Origin: an uncultured Verrucomicrobiae bacterium
GTDB lineage: Bacteria; Verrucomicrobiota; Verrucomicrobiia; Palsa-1439
NCBI GenBank assembly: GCA_963812605.1
Contig: CAWEWF010000013.1
Location: forward strand, 30,735-94,734
Direction: 5' to 3'
Length of the DNA: 64,000 bases
Part shown: positions 20,323-31,904 of the stretch, piece after piece
How the letters are laid out: every line of letters starts with the position of its first letter
How positions within the stretch are numbered: position 1 is the stretch's first letter
Position numbers and translations under genes: made by a program
The notes under the pieces: model-generated
Database searches by the model: none
What the model was told of the DNA's origin: nothing
The model's input: only the letters and a program-made list of their open reading frames with translations

Positions 20323-23220
20323 GTGGGTACGACTAACAACTTTTCGGCTCCAACGCCACGCAAAATCCATCTCGGCCCATTTCAGCCGACGCTCGAAACC
20401 GCCCTGGCTGCGGATATCCTGGCATTTCGGAACAAGAACGGCCCGCTCGCGCCACTCACCATCGTCGTTCCCACCCGCTTGCTTGGGCTGCATTTGCAAC
20501 GAAAACTAGCGCGAGTGTTGACCAGCGGCCATGCCAATTTGCGTTTCAGCGCGCTCGAGGACCTGCTGCCGCCGGCGCGTCTCGGCCCGCGACTGGGTCT
20601 CGAACTCCTTTGCGGCGAAATCGCGAAAAATGAAATCCCGGCGAATGGTTATTTTGCGCCCGTGCGTGAAACGCGCGGCTTCCGCAACGCCCTGCTGGAG
20701 ACGTTCAAGGACCTCGAACAAGCGGGCCAGACGCCCGACGCATTCCGCAAGGCCGCCGGCGGGTCGCCAAAGCTCGCCGAATTGGCCGCCGCCTACACCG
20801 CATACCGCAAGTGGCTTACGGAGCATGATTTCGTTACGGAACCCGATCTGTACTTGAATGCCGAGATCACCGTTCCGAAGTCCGCCGTTCTGCTGTACGG
20901 CTTCTATGATCTCACCACTGTGCAGCGCCAATTTGTGAGCAGGCTCGCTCCAACCACGGTCTTTTTCCCGTGGACAGCACCCAACGCCTATGCGGAGCCG
21001 CTTCTCGATTGGTTCAAGTCACAGGGCTACCAGCCCGTCGCGCCTCCGCCGGCGAAAAGCTCTCCACCGGCCACGATTCTTTCCTGTCCGGGTGAAACGA
21101 GTGAAGTCCAGGAAGCCTTGCGCGAAGCGCTGGCGTTCGTGAGGAAAGAGGGCCGGACGTTCAACGATGTGGCGATCCTCTGTCGCAGCCGCGAACAGTA
21201 CGACGCGGTGCTGCGCGACACGCTGGCGAACCTCGGGATCAAAGCCTATTTTCGCGGAGGACGCCCGCTCGCGGAACAAAGCGACGCGCGTCTGCTGTTG
21301 CTGCTGCTGGAAACGATCCATTCCGATTTCAGACCGGGCGACGGTGATGGAACTGGCCGGCCACCTGACCCCGAGTTCGCATTGGGACGCGCTCTCGGTG
21401 CAATTGGGCATCGTGGGCGGACAAGAGCAATGGCTGACGCGTCTGGAAGCCGTCGCCTCGGAACCGCCCCGCGAACGGCGCAACCCGGATGACGCTCGTC
21501 GTCGCGAATGGCGTCAGCGTACCGCCCAGCAATCCCTCGCCTTCATGAAACAACTCATCGCGTTGCTCGGCGGCTTGCCGGATGAGGCGGGGTGGGGGGA
21601 GTATGGCGCGAAACTCGTCCGGGCTTTTCGCGCGCTGGGCGGAAAAAACGAAGCCGTGATCGATTGCGTCGAGCAACTCGCCGGATTGGAAGTGTTTCAA
21701 CCGCGCGTGCCGTTCGACACGTTTGCCGAGTACTGCCAAAAGTCGCTCGAATCGGCGATGGACCAACCCGAGAAATTCCAGGGCGGCGGCATCTTCGTCG
21801 GCGACGTGATGAGCGCGCGCGGTTTGTCGTGGCCGCTGGTGATTGTGCCGGGCCTTGTCGAGAAACGGTTTCCCCGTGTCATCCGCGAAGACCCATTGTT
21901 GCTGGATGACTGAACGCGCGCGGGTCAACGCGGAACTGCCGCGCAAACTGGACGGTTACGATGAGGAGCGGCTGTTGTTCTCGCTCGCCGTCGCCGCTGC
22001 CGGCGAGCAACTCGTTTTGAGTTATCCGCGCTTGGAACCCGCCACGTCGCGTCCGCGTCTGGCGTCGTTCCTGTTGCTGGAATACGTCGGCGCCACCAGT
22101 TTCCCGGCCTTGGACAAACTGTCGCGCATCATCCCGCTCTCGCCGGTGCGCGCCGTTGACGAACCGCTAACCGAGCGCGAGTTCGACCTGACCGCGCTGG
22201 CATCGTTGACGGATCAGTCGCCTTATCTGCGCCAGGTATCGCCGCTGCTGGCCGACGGTGTGATCCATGTCCACACGCGCTGGCACGAACACCAGCTCAC
22301 ACTGTACGACGGATTGCTGGGCGGTCCCGAGGCATTGAAACTCCTTCGCGATCGGTTCGGCCTGGAGAAACTCATCATTAGTACCACGTCCCTGGAGGAT
22401 TTCTTTGGCTGTCCGTTCTATTACTTCCAGAAACACGTGTTGGGCATTGAACCGTGGGAGGAACCCGAGGCCGCGCTTTCCATCAACGCCCTCGATCTCG
22501 GCTCGCTCTATCATTCGATTCTGGAAGACTACTACAAATCGCACGCGCACGACGTTGTCGCGGTGGCCGAAAAACATTTCCGCGAATTCGAGCGGCGCGG
22601 TGTGACGGGTTACCCGACCGTTTGGGAGATCAAAAAACAGGTGATCGTTGAGGAAGTGGGCGCCTTCGTCGAACGCGATCGTGCAACCGCCGCCGGTTGG
22701 CAGCCCGCAAAGTTTGAGGAGGAATTCAACGGCATTGCCGTCGCGCCGCCAATACGCCTGCGGGGCAAAATCGATCGCATCGACCTCCGTGACGACGGTT
22801 CCCGGGCACGGGTCGCTCGACTACAAGACCGGCAAGCAGCCTCGGGGGGTGCGTGACGACTCATTCGCGGGTGGCGAAGCGCTGCAATTGCCGTTATACA
22901 TCCTCGCGGCGCAACAGTTGCTGCCAAAAACCTTGGTCGAATCGGCCAGTTACCTCTACTTCACGTTGCGCGGCGGCTATCGCACCGTTACCTTCACGCG
23001 TGGCGCGCTGGATACTCGACGCACCGAACTCACCAGCCTGTTGGATACGGCCGCCAATCTCATTCGCAGTGGTATCTTCGCGCAGTACGCCACCGTGGAA
23101 GGCTGCCGCCGTTGTGAGTTCCGCCCCATCTGTGGCAACGGCATCCTGAAACTGTACGACTTGAAGCACGAAGACGCGCACATGGAAGCCTTTCGCGCGA
23201 TCAAGGAAGAGGTGAAATGA
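20323..23220 (+). CDS. addB: AddB-like helicase/nuclease subunit with PD-(D/E)XK Fe-S nuclease; three frameshifts; start uncertain
   Basis: IVVPT, ARGLSW..V.VPGL.E..FP, EERLLF, GCPFYYF..HVLG, LRGKIDRID, DYKTG, LQLPLY, CRRCEFRPIC. Confidence 0.8.
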
Positions 23221-26200
23221 AGCCCGTCGATCACAAGGAGCGCGAGGCCGCAGCCACCGAGCTCGACACCACGTTCTTTGTCGAGGCGGCGGCGGGCACG
23301 GGCAAGACCACGGCGCTGGTAGCGCGTATTGTGTCCGCAGTCGAAACGGGCGCGCCCGGCTTGGCGAGATCGTGGCGATCACTTTCACGGAGAAGGCGGC
23401 CGGTGAATTGAAAGTGCGATTGCGCGAGAAATTGGAGGAGACGCTTCAGGGGAACAAACGAAAAGAGGCCCTGGCGGATTTGGAGCGCGCGCATATCACG
23501 ACGATTCATTCTTTCTGCGCCTGGATCTTGCGCGAACGACCAATCGAAGCGGTCGTCGATCCGTTGTTCGCCGTTGCCGACGAGTTGCAGCGGCGGCTGT
23601 TGTTTGAAGAGGCGTGGGACGAATGGCTCGAAGCCGAATTGGGCCAGAATCCACCCGCCCTTCGACAGGCGCTGATGTTCGGCGTCGAGTTGGACACGCT
23701 TCCCGAACTGGCCGCGCTGCTCGTGGAACATCGTGACCGTCTTTCGCGCGTGAAATGGCCGGGACCGGAACCATTGGACGTCGAGGGTGTCATGGCCGAA
23801 TTGAAATCCGCCGCGCCGACATTGGAACGCTGCCTGAAACATTTCACGGCCCGCGACAAGAATGCTTACGTGCGAGCGCGAACGTTCCTGGACACCCTGC
23901 CATCGTTGTCGCACGCCTCGGCAGAGCGCAGGATTGCCGTGTTGCGTTCGCTGGAATTGTCCGAGCCAAAAGCGAAGGCGCATTTGGACAGCGAAGAGGC
24001 CTTCCGCGAGTTGCGCGACACGGTCAAACAACTTGGCTCGCTGCTGGAGAATTTTGGGGCCGCCGCCGACCATAATTTCCTCGTGGAACTCGTGGCGTGG
24101 TTGCGCGGATTCGTCGACCACTTTCAGAAAGCCAAGCACGACCGCGCATTGCTCGATTTCGACGATCTGTTGGTAAAGACGCGGGATTTGTTGCTCGGGA
24201 ATGCCGAGGTGCGGCGCGAATTACAGCAGCGCTTCAAATTCGTGCTCATCGACGAGTTTCAGGACACGGATCCCGTGCAGTCGGAAGTAGTCCTCCTGCT
24301 CGGCGAGGGCGCGCCCGGGAAGCTCTTCGTGGTCGGCGACCCGAAGCAGAGCATTTACGGGTTCCGCCGCGCGGACATCGAGATGTATGCCGGCACGCGC
24401 CGCGAGATTGAGCGCAAAGGCCGGGTGCTGACATTCCGCCAGAATTTCAGGAGCGCCTCCACGATTCTCGATTGGGTGAACGACGTTTTTACCAAGATCC
24501 TCGTCAAATCCACGGATGGCGACTACCAGCCAGAGTACATTGGACTGGCATCCTGGCCCGAGTTGCAGACGGCAAACGCAACCGTCACACTCCTTCGCCC
24601 GAAGCAGGCACTCAAAGCCAGTGCGGATGAACTGCGACGTACGGAGGCGACTGCCGTCGCCCGCTATCTTCAGCAACAGGTGAGCAATGGGGCGTACGAG
24701 TGGGGCGACGTGGCGCTGCTGTTCCGCAGCTTCACGGGCGTCGAGACGTATGGCGACGTGTTACAGGAACAGGGAGTTCCATTCCGCATCATCGGCGGGA
24801 AAGGTTATTATCAGCGTCAGGAGATCCAGACGCTATCATCGCTTTTGTCGTGCCTCGACAATCCTACGGACAAACTTAATCTCGTCGCGACGCTTCGCTC
24901 GCCCTTGTTCGGCTGGGCGGATGAGTTGGTGTTCCTCATTTCCGCGACGCCAGGGCTGGATTATCTGGCCGAGACGGCGCCGGATGCGCCCGAACAGGTG
25001 AAGCAAACTTTTGCGCTCCTGCGTGAGTTGCATGCGTGTCGACATGATTCTTCGGTCGCGGGTTACGTTGACCGTGTGTTCGCGCGTACCCGGATTTGCG
25101 AGGCGTTTTTCGCCAGTCAGCCAGACGGCGCGCAATGCGTGGCCAATCTACTCAAGGCACTCGAATTGGCGAGGCAACTCGAAACGGCTGGCGTCCGTTC
25201 GCTGCGCGCGTTTGTACGGCGGCTGCGCGACACCGTTCTGGGCGGGGTTGAAGAAGAACCCTCTCCGGCGAACGAAGAAAGCGAAAACGTGGTGCGCATC
25301 CTGACGATGCACAAGGCCAAAGGCTTGGAATTTCCCGTGGTGGTGTTGCCGGATTTGGCGGGCCGCTCTGCGGACTCGGGCGCGAAGTTGCTGTTTCGTC
25401 GCGACGGGGGCTGCGAACTACGGTTTGCCAGCCGCCGCACGGTGGAATTCGATGAAGCCGATGAAGACCGCAAGAAACGCGAGGAGGCTGAGGAAATTCG
25501 GCTGCTGTATGTCGCCACTACGCGCGCGAAAAAGCGGCTGGTGATCCCTTGGTTCGCGGAAAAGGGCGGACGAATCGGTCTGCTGGCGCGCGGATTCATA
25601 CCCGTCGCCAGCGCCCTGGTGGAAGCGCCCGATTTGGAATCCTTGACCGTGAAGAAAACCGAACCCAGAAAAACGGAGGCCCGGCGCGGTTCGCCAGCGC
25701 AGTTGATCGATCAACGGCGTGCGTGGGCGGCATCCCGAGACGAGTTATTGGTGCGCGCGGTGAAGTCGCCGTTGCGAAAGAGCCCGTCGAAACTCTTGAC
25801 CGAATCGGAACCGTCCGAGGAAGAGCCAATCGGCGCGGAGCGCGCGCGCGCGATGGATTTTGGCGTAGCGGTGCACGGTGCGCTGGAAGCAGTGGATTTG
25901 CAGGCAACCGGGACGGCACAGCGGCAACAAATCGAGCAGTTCCTGGCCTTGGCGGGTCTGAGTGGTGAGGATCACCGCCGGGCGCTCGAAATGGTCGGCA
26001 ACGCGGTCGGTTCCGAGTTGTTGGTGCGCGCCCGCAAGGCGGAGGTGCTTTATCGCGAACTGCCGTTTACGCAGGTCTTGGGCGAGGGATTGATGGAGGG
26101 CAAAATCGATTTGCTGTTTTGCGAAAAAGGGCAATGGGTATTGGTCGATTACAAGACGGATGCACGCGTCGAAGTGGAAAAATACGCCGAACAATTGCGC

Positions 26201-26302
26201 GCCTACGAGGCCGCGCTCAAGCAAGTGGCCGGGATCGATCTCGCCCAGAAATTGCTATTCTTCCTGGCGAGCGGGACGGTGAAGCAGGTGACGGATGATT
26301 AA
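23217..26302 (+). CDS. addA: AddA-like UvrD helicase-nuclease; frameshift near 23360
   Basis: AAAGTGKT, AITFTEKAA, TIHSFC, DEFQDTD, VGDPKQSIYGFR, TMHKAKGLEF, YVATTRA, GKIDL..DYKT. Confidence 0.9.
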
Positions 26303-27017
26303 AGTGGATTTGCACATGCACTCGGGAGAAGACCCGGCGGACGGGTTGCGCTATCCGGCGACCGCGTTGATCGACCGGGCTGTCGAACTCGGCTACGACG
26401 CGATCGCCATCACCCTCCATGGCCGGGTGATTGGCGACGAACGCGTCTTTGAGTATGCGCAGCAGAAAGGCCTGCTGCTAATCCGCGCGGTCGAGTGGAA
26501 CATCAACGGCGGCGACGTCTTGCTCTATAACGTCACGCAACGCGAAGCCGAAAAACTGGTCACTTTTGATGATCTTCGCGCCTACAGGCGCGAACGCCCC
26601 GAGGATCTCCTGGTGATCGCGCCGCATCCCTTTTACCCGCGAGGGCATAGTCTCCGAGATCAACTCGAAGCGAATATCAATTTGTTCGACGCGATCGAGT
26701 ACGCGCAGATTCATCTCCCCTGGTTCGATAAATTCAATCAGCAGGCAGTCCGCGTGGCGCGAAAACACAACAAACCGATTGTGGCGAACTCCGACTCGCA
26801 CAATCTCTGGATGTTTGGCCGCCATTACACGCTCGCGGACGCCGCGCCCACTATGTCCTCGATCTTCCACGCCATTCGCACAGGCCAGGTCAAGCCCATC
26901 AGCCCGCCCGTGACGGTCTGGGATTGCCTGCGGATGTTCGTCTTCGACCCGCTGCTGGAGCGCAAGCCGGGCCAGGTGATGGAGAGTTTTCCGCCGGCCA
27001 GCACCAAGACGGGTTGA
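26295..27017 (+). CDS. PHP-domain metallophosphoesterase
   Basis: DLHMHS, AITLH, APHPF, NSDSH. Confidence 0.85.
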   Translation: MIKVDLHMHSGEDPADGLRYPATALIDRAVELGYDAIAITLHGRVIGDERVFEYAQQKGLLLIRAVEWNINGGDVLLYNVTQREAEKLVTFDDLRAYRRERPEDLLVIAPHPFYPRGHSLRDQLEANINLFDAIEYAQIHLPWFDKFNQQAVRVARKHNKPIVANSDSHNLWMFGRHYTLADAAPTMSSIFHAIRTGQVKPISPPVTVWDCLRMFVFDPLLERKPGQVMESFPPASTKTG

Positions 27018-27026
27018 GGTCGCGTT

Positions 27027-27905
27027 TCAAATCTCGAGCGTATCCTGGCGGGTGAACGACGAAGCAATGAAGTGGAACATGACGAAATACTCGAGCGCAA
27101 AAGGCAGGAAACCGAGAAAGCCGACCAGCGGCATCTCAAAGAATTTCAGGTTCCGGCCGTGCGGGAAGATATAGACCCATTTCGTGTAGGCCCACATGTT
27201 CCAGAATTCCCACAGGAACCCGCAGATTGCGCCGGCGGCCAGCAATTGCAGCGTGCGCGACCAATCACCGCGTTCCCAGTCGCGATAGATGCTCTGGGCC
27301 CGCCGCCAGTAGTTGAAGGGCTCCAGGAGAAGGAACCACCCCAGCCAGACGAAGACCCACAGATACCCGCGCGTCTTTTCGGGCATGAAGGGCGGCGCGA
27401 TGACAAAAACCGCGCCGAGGACGACCGACGCGATCAGAAGACCCCGACCCCAGCGGAAACTCCGCGTCCGGGCGCGGGCGAGAAATTCGTAGCTCTGCAG
27501 CAGTTCGCAGGTCAGAAACATCGCCGGCATGATCGTGGCAAACGAGATCGCGTAACCGAGCAGGCGGAGCGACAGGTTCGACTCCAGGTTCAAGTAACGC
27601 CAGCCCGGCATCACGCGGTTATAGGCCTCGAACAAACACCAGAAGGCGACCGAGAGGATGCATTGAGCGACCAGCGACTCGCGCCGATCCGTCAACAACG
27701 ACGTGCCTTTGCGGCGATAGATCCACGCATCGGCAATCAGGATGTAAGCCCACCAGCAGACCGGCGTCGTCCAACTGGTAATGAGCCACCACGGCGTGGC
27801 GGGCAGCGCGTCCGTTCGCGCGCAGAAGACCGCGGTTTCCATGAGCAGGAGAATCGCCAGTCCAATCGTGCCGTATTGGGGAAAGCGGTGGCGGTACCCG
27901 TTCAT
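27027..27905 (-). CDS. Trp-rich integral membrane protein
   Basis: Multi-TM; FWCLFEAYN, CGFLWEFWN, KW.Y, FEMPL.GFLGF.PFALE. Confidence 0.75.
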   Translation of the reverse strand: MNGYRHRFPQYGTIGLAILLLMETAVFCARTDALPATPWWLITSWTTPVCWWAYILIADAWIYRRKGTSLLTDRRESLVAQCILSVAFWCLFEAYNRVMPGWRYLNLESNLSLRLLGYAISFATIMPAMFLTCELLQSYEFLARARTRSFRWGRGLLIASVVLGAVFVIAPPFMPEKTRGYLWVFVWLGWFLLLEPFNYWRRAQSIYRDWERGDWSRTLQLLAAGAICGFLWEFWNMWAYTKWVYIFPHGRNLKFFEMPLVGFLGFLPFALEYFVMFHFIASSFTRQDTLEI

Positions 27906-28675
27906 GAGCGGTCAGTGCCGGGATCGCGAGGATGGTCAAGCGCGGACAATTGGCGCAACACGGCGTCCTTGCAACTCCACGCCAACGACAGTGTCAGCGA
28001 GAAGGGGAGCAAGAGGACGACAATGATCAGCAAATTGGCGCGACCCAGGAGGAATCTCAATTCGGAAAGCGGGTCACTGCGCTGGAAAACCGCCATGCCA
28101 ATGATGTACGCGATGACGCAGGCAAATGGCAACAGCAACAACCCGACATTGCCCGAGCCGAACATGCGCGATTCGAACACCATGTCCTTTCGTCCCAGGG
28201 CCGTGGCCAGCACCGCGACCACGCGGTTGAAAGCGATGACATAAACGATTCCCGTGGCCGCAAAGGCGAGTACGTTGCCGAGCAGGTAGGCGCTCATCGG
28301 CACGCGCCGCCACAAATAAAAGAACACGCAGAAATAGGTCATCAGCATCGCCAGGCTGAACGCCCGGCGGATCCCTTGACGCCAGGATTCCCCGAGGCTG
28401 CGCACCTGATACAACCGCCACGACCCGATCAGCGTCGCCAACACCCCGACGCCCAGGAACGACTCGGCGAACGGCGGCATGTCGGTGAGCATGAGCAGTT
28501 CCACGCCGGTCAGTACCGTCAACAACAATCCCCAGAAGACGAAATAGAAACCCTGCGCCAGGCGCACATAATCGCGCGCGGGAACCTGGAGATCAGCGCT
28601 CACGGGAATCTCGATGGCGGCGCCGGGCTCAAGCTGGGTCGTCGGCTGCGCCGCCGCGTCAATTGTGTCCGACAT
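27902..28675 (-). CDS. Hypothetical membrane protein
   Basis: About six TM helices; overlaps both neighbours. Confidence 0.7.
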   Translation of the reverse strand: MSDTIDAAAQPTTQLEPGAAIEIPVSADLQVPARDYVRLAQGFYFVFWGLLLTVLTGVELLMLTDMPPFAESFLGVGVLATLIGSWRLYQVRSLGESWRQGIRRAFSLAMLMTYFCVFFYLWRRVPMSAYLLGNVLAFAATGIVYVIAFNRVVAVLATALGRKDMVFESRMFGSGNVGLLLLPFACVIAYIIGMAVFQRSDPLSELRFLLGRANLLIIVVLLLPFSLTLSLAWSCKDAVLRQLSALDHPRDPGTDRS

Positions 28676-29327
28676 GTTTGTTGGGCAGCTTGCCTTGGAG
28701 GGTTTTCCACAGTTCGAATTGCTGGATTTTTTTCTGCAACAACACCAGCAATTTTTCGAGCCGTTCGTCCGTGTCGATCGTTTCCAACATCGCCTGCTTG
28801 TCGTAATAATCGTCCAGCAGGGTATAACTCACCAGGTCCGACAAATAGTCCGTGTTCTTGACGGAACGCAACGCGTTGAGCACGGCTTTCGGCAGTTCCG
28901 CGCCCATGCGCGCCCGCGCCTTCGCCAATTGCGTGACCGCTTTCAATAGCGGTTCACGCCGGCCGCCGACCGCCTCCTCGGGGCCCGCCAGGGATTCGAC
29001 GAGGGCGACGCGATAGGGCCGTTGCTTCACGTATTCAGAAATCCTCACGCGCGCCACGCCTTCGAGGATCACATTGGCCGAACCGTCGGGCCGCGCCACG
29101 CACGTGCGGATCACCCCGATGCTCGCGATGGGATGGGGCGTGGGATTACGGCCTTCCTTCTCCCAACCCTTGCGCAGCAACGCTACGGCGAACATGCGTT
29201 CGCCCTTCAGGCAATCCGCCAGCATCTGTTTGTAGCGCGGCTCGAAAATGTACAGCGGCAGCAACACTCGCGGGAACAGGATCGCGTTCGGCAACGGCAT
29301 CACCGCAATGTGCTTCGGCAGCCTCAC
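28659..29327 (-). CDS. LON peptidase substrate-binding-domain protein
   Basis: MPLPNAILFP...LPLYIFEPRYKQML.DC; GTG 29327 lies 7 nt after TTGACG-N17-TATACT. Confidence 0.9.
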   Translation of the reverse strand: MRLPKHIAVMPLPNAILFPRVLLPLYIFEPRYKQMLADCLKGERMFAVALLRKGWEKEGRNPTPHPIASIGVIRTCVARPDGSANVILEGVARVRISEYVKQRPYRVALVESLAGPEEAVGGRREPLLKAVTQLAKARARMGAELPKAVLNALRSVKNTDYLSDLVSYTLLDDYYDKQAMLETIDTDERLEKLLVLLQKKIQQFELWKTLQGKLPNKHVGHN

Positions 29328-29425
29328 GTCGCACAGTATAACCGCAGCCGCCGCGGGCGTCAAAGGCAGAACTGCGAAAGCGGACAGCGGAAGGCGGAAA
29401 GAAAGGCAAAAAACGGAGGATCCTT

Positions 29426-29902
29426 CTATCGAAGGTTCTTCACCAAGGAGGCATAAAGCTCGTCCAGCGCCTGGGGCAACACGTGCGTATCGGCAAGGAC
29501 CGGGATGAAATTCGTGTCGCCGGCCCAGCGGGGGACGATGTGCATGTGAACGTGATCGAGCACGCCCGCGCCCGCGCTACGGCCAAGATTCATGCCGATG
29601 TTGAAACCGTCGGGCTTCATGGTTCTGGCGAGCAATTGCTTGCAGCGGCGGGTGAGTGCCATCAGCTCCGAGAGTTCCTGATCGGAAAGGTCGTCGAGTT
29701 CGCCCGTGTGTTTGTACGGCGCGACCATCAAATGGCCTGCGGTGTACGGAAAGGTATTGAGCAGCGCGAAACAGTTCCGCTCGCGAATGACGACGTAATT
29801 TTTCGCATCGTCGCTCTCCTGCGACTTGCGACAGAAGAAGCAGCCCTCTTCTTTTTCCCCGAGGATGTACCGAATCCGCCAAGGCGCCCAGAGATGTTCC
29901 AT
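29426..29902 (-). CDS. HIT-family hydrolase (Ap4A phosphorylase-like)
   Basis: MEHLWAPWR..YI, CFFC, LN.FPY..GH, HVHMHIVPRW.GD.NF. Confidence 0.92.
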   Translation of the reverse strand: MEHLWAPWRIRYILGEKEEGCFFCRKSQESDDAKNYVVIRERNCFALLNTFPYTAGHLMVAPYKHTGELDDLSDQELSELMALTRRCKQLLARTMKPDGFNIGMNLGRSAGAGVLDHVHMHIVPRWAGDTNFIPVLADTHVLPQALDELYASLVKNLR

Positions 29903-29972
29903 GCCGAGCTTTATAAAACTGCCCCGCAAACAAGTCAACGCGAGTCCGCTTCACCCCTGCCAATTTCCCGAT

Positions 29973-30143
29973 TGTAGGGCGAGCGGCCCGCTCGCCACCG
30001 TTCTCGGATATCTCCTCTCCCCTCGGGGGAGAAGATTAAGGTGAGGAGGTTGGAAAGTTCCCGGTTGTACAACATTGGGAATACCCCGCTTGTGCAAGAG
30101 CCGAGTCCGACCCCGGTTGTGCGAGGGTCTCCCGACCCCGCAC
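29973..30143. repeat. Cluster of REP-like palindromes
   Basis: GTAGGGCGAGCGGCCCGCTCGCC; CTCTCCCCTCGGGGGAGA; GTGCGAGGGTCTCCCGACCCCGCAC. Confidence 0.6.
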
Positions 30144-30291
30144 GATACCCATTGGATCAGGCAGTTCCTCAAGTTCGAGTCCCGTCTGCGGACACCTTTT
30201 TGTGCTTTCCTCGCAATTCCATCAGAGGTTTAATGAGGCCCACACACTTTACCGGTGTGGAAGGAATACCTGTTAGATTCCGTAGCTAGAT

Positions 30292-30723
30292 ATGGCCGAG
30301 AGTGACATCCTACCGGAGGCCGCTTCTGAAGTTCGTCCTGACTTCAGAAGACAGAAGTGGTTTGCGCTTATGGCCCTTGTCGTTCTCGCCGCGGTGTTGG
30401 GTGGCGTTGATGTTCTTATCCACGAGAGTACATCGGCCGAAAAAGCCATCACGATAGGAAGCGCTCTCTTGATGTTGTCATTTGTTTTCACATGGCTTTA
30501 CTACGATAGCCTCGAGCACCATTACCGAATCGGTATGCTGCTGGGTCTTTGCATCATTCTTCTGGGGGGCATCGGCATCCCGGTATACTTTTTTAGGACG
30601 CGTGGATTGCGTGGTTTCATATCGCTCGGACTTGCCTTGTTGTTCAGTTGCGGTCTGGCTCTGATTGTCAGTGTGTCGTTCTACGCTGTGTACTACGTGC
30701 GGGAGGCGTTTGCACATTGGTAG
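30292..30723 (+). CDS. Four-TM hypothetical protein (cassette-like)
   Basis: 143 aa, hydrophobic; GTTAGAT core 13 nt before the ATG. Confidence 0.7.
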   Translation: MAESDILPEAASEVRPDFRRQKWFALMALVVLAAVLGGVDVLIHESTSAEKAITIGSALLMLSFVFTWLYYDSLEHHYRIGMLLGLCIILLGGIGIPVYFFRTRGLRGFISLGLALLFSCGLALIVSVSFYAVYYVREAFAHW

Positions 30724-30906
30724 ATCTGTCTGACAATAAGATCGAGCTAAACACAGTTGTGCTATTGAATAACTCAGCATGTTTATTCGGGCACTGTTTG
30801 CTTTTCTGGCGTTGCGCATGCACTCGTGATTGCGCTTTTTGGGGAAACGGTTGCGTTCGTGCTCTTGTCGATAGATAATTAAATTGCGTTAGACAGGAGA
30901 AGCTCA

Positions 30907-31416
30907 ATGAAAGTAAATTTGCTTCTTATCACCGTGTCGGTACTTTGCAGCGCCAGCACCTTCGGCCAATCCAATAGCCCCAGTCTTGCGTTCGTCGTCC
31001 CTGAAGGCATGCAGGCAGTCGCCATTAGTGGAGGCACAATCACCAGCGCGGTAACTAGCGTCAAGGCAGGCGACCGGGTGGACATTCTGTTAACGTATAC
31101 CGACCCGGTCGCGCACCAGGAAACCACGCAAATGATCCTGCAAAATGTTCTTGTGCTCGCGGTGACCAACGGAAAGGTTAATCCTTCAAGCAAGGAAGCT
31201 GGCGGGAGTTCGATGACTTTAGCTGTGAGGCCCGAGCAGGTTGAACTTGTCACTGCTGCTGACAGGGCTGGTGCGTTGAGCGTCGTTTTGCGTCCGGCGC
31301 ACGAGGAGAAAGCCACCGCACCTTCGCGGCCAGGTGTAGGGGACTTTTGGTCTTCTGGAGAGTTACAGCGGCTTCTTGAAGAGAGGAAACAGCAGCGACG
31401 ACAAGGATCGGACTGA
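30907..31416 (+). CDS. Stand-alone RcpC/CpaB (Flp pilus assembly) C-terminal-domain protein with signal peptide
   Basis: VPEGMQAVAI, GDRVDILL, ILQNVLVLAV, TLAVRPEQ, G.LS.VLR. Confidence 0.75.
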   Translation: MKVNLLLITVSVLCSASTFGQSNSPSLAFVVPEGMQAVAISGGTITSAVTSVKAGDRVDILLTYTDPVAHQETTQMILQNVLVLAVTNGKVNPSSKEAGGSSMTLAVRPEQVELVTAADRAGALSVVLRPAHEEKATAPSRPGVGDFWSSGELQRLLEERKQQRRQGSD

Positions 31417-31478
31417 ATGTAGCCATGCGCTTCAGCCAGCGCCGATATTGCGTCCATAGCTGAGCTTAATCGATAGGC
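31417..31478 (+). mobile_element. Degenerate integron attC site
   Basis: ATGTAGC-N5-GCTTCAGC ... GCTGAGC-N6-GATAGGC; the L boxes pair with one extra base, the R boxes are mutated. Confidence 0.6.
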
Positions 31479-31483
31479 AGAAG

Positions 31484-31760
31484 ATGGCAGCTTCACGAAA
31501 GAGGACAGTCGTTCTTAGGACGAGTTGCGATTGTGTTCATCGTCCTTTTTGTTGGCTGGGAATTGTTGCTGTTCGCGTTTTATTTGAGGCCGCAAGGGCC
31601 CAGCGTCGCTCGTTTTCGGACGGTATGAAGGCCTTTGGCCGAGTGTGCGTCTCATGGGCTTGTGGGACATCGCGGCGCTGGTGTTGCTGGCATTCTCATG
31701 CATCTTTTGGCAACTGGCCCTATGGAGCGGCAAACATGACGCTTCCGAGAGAAAGTGATT
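31484..31760 (+). pseudogene. Decayed small membrane-protein cassette gene
   Basis: ATG 5 nt after the attC; interrupted hydrophobic segments RVAIVFIVLFVGWELLLFAFYL and LWDIAALVLLAFSCIFWQLALW lie outside the start frame. Confidence 0.4.
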
Positions 31761-31904
31761 TGCCCATCAATTCTTCCCCAACGCCTCCAGCTTCAGGCAT
31801 CCCCATTCCACTCTCGACGCCGGGTTGGACAAAGTAGCTACTACACTTGACTTTCGGAATGGGATTACCGAAATATCCATCGACTCAAAGGCAATCGCAT
31901 CGCC

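Noticed and set aside
21905-21916. TGA in addB as selenocysteine or read-through
   Set aside because: The protein continues in a different frame (extra T in GAC-T-GAA), so it is an indel
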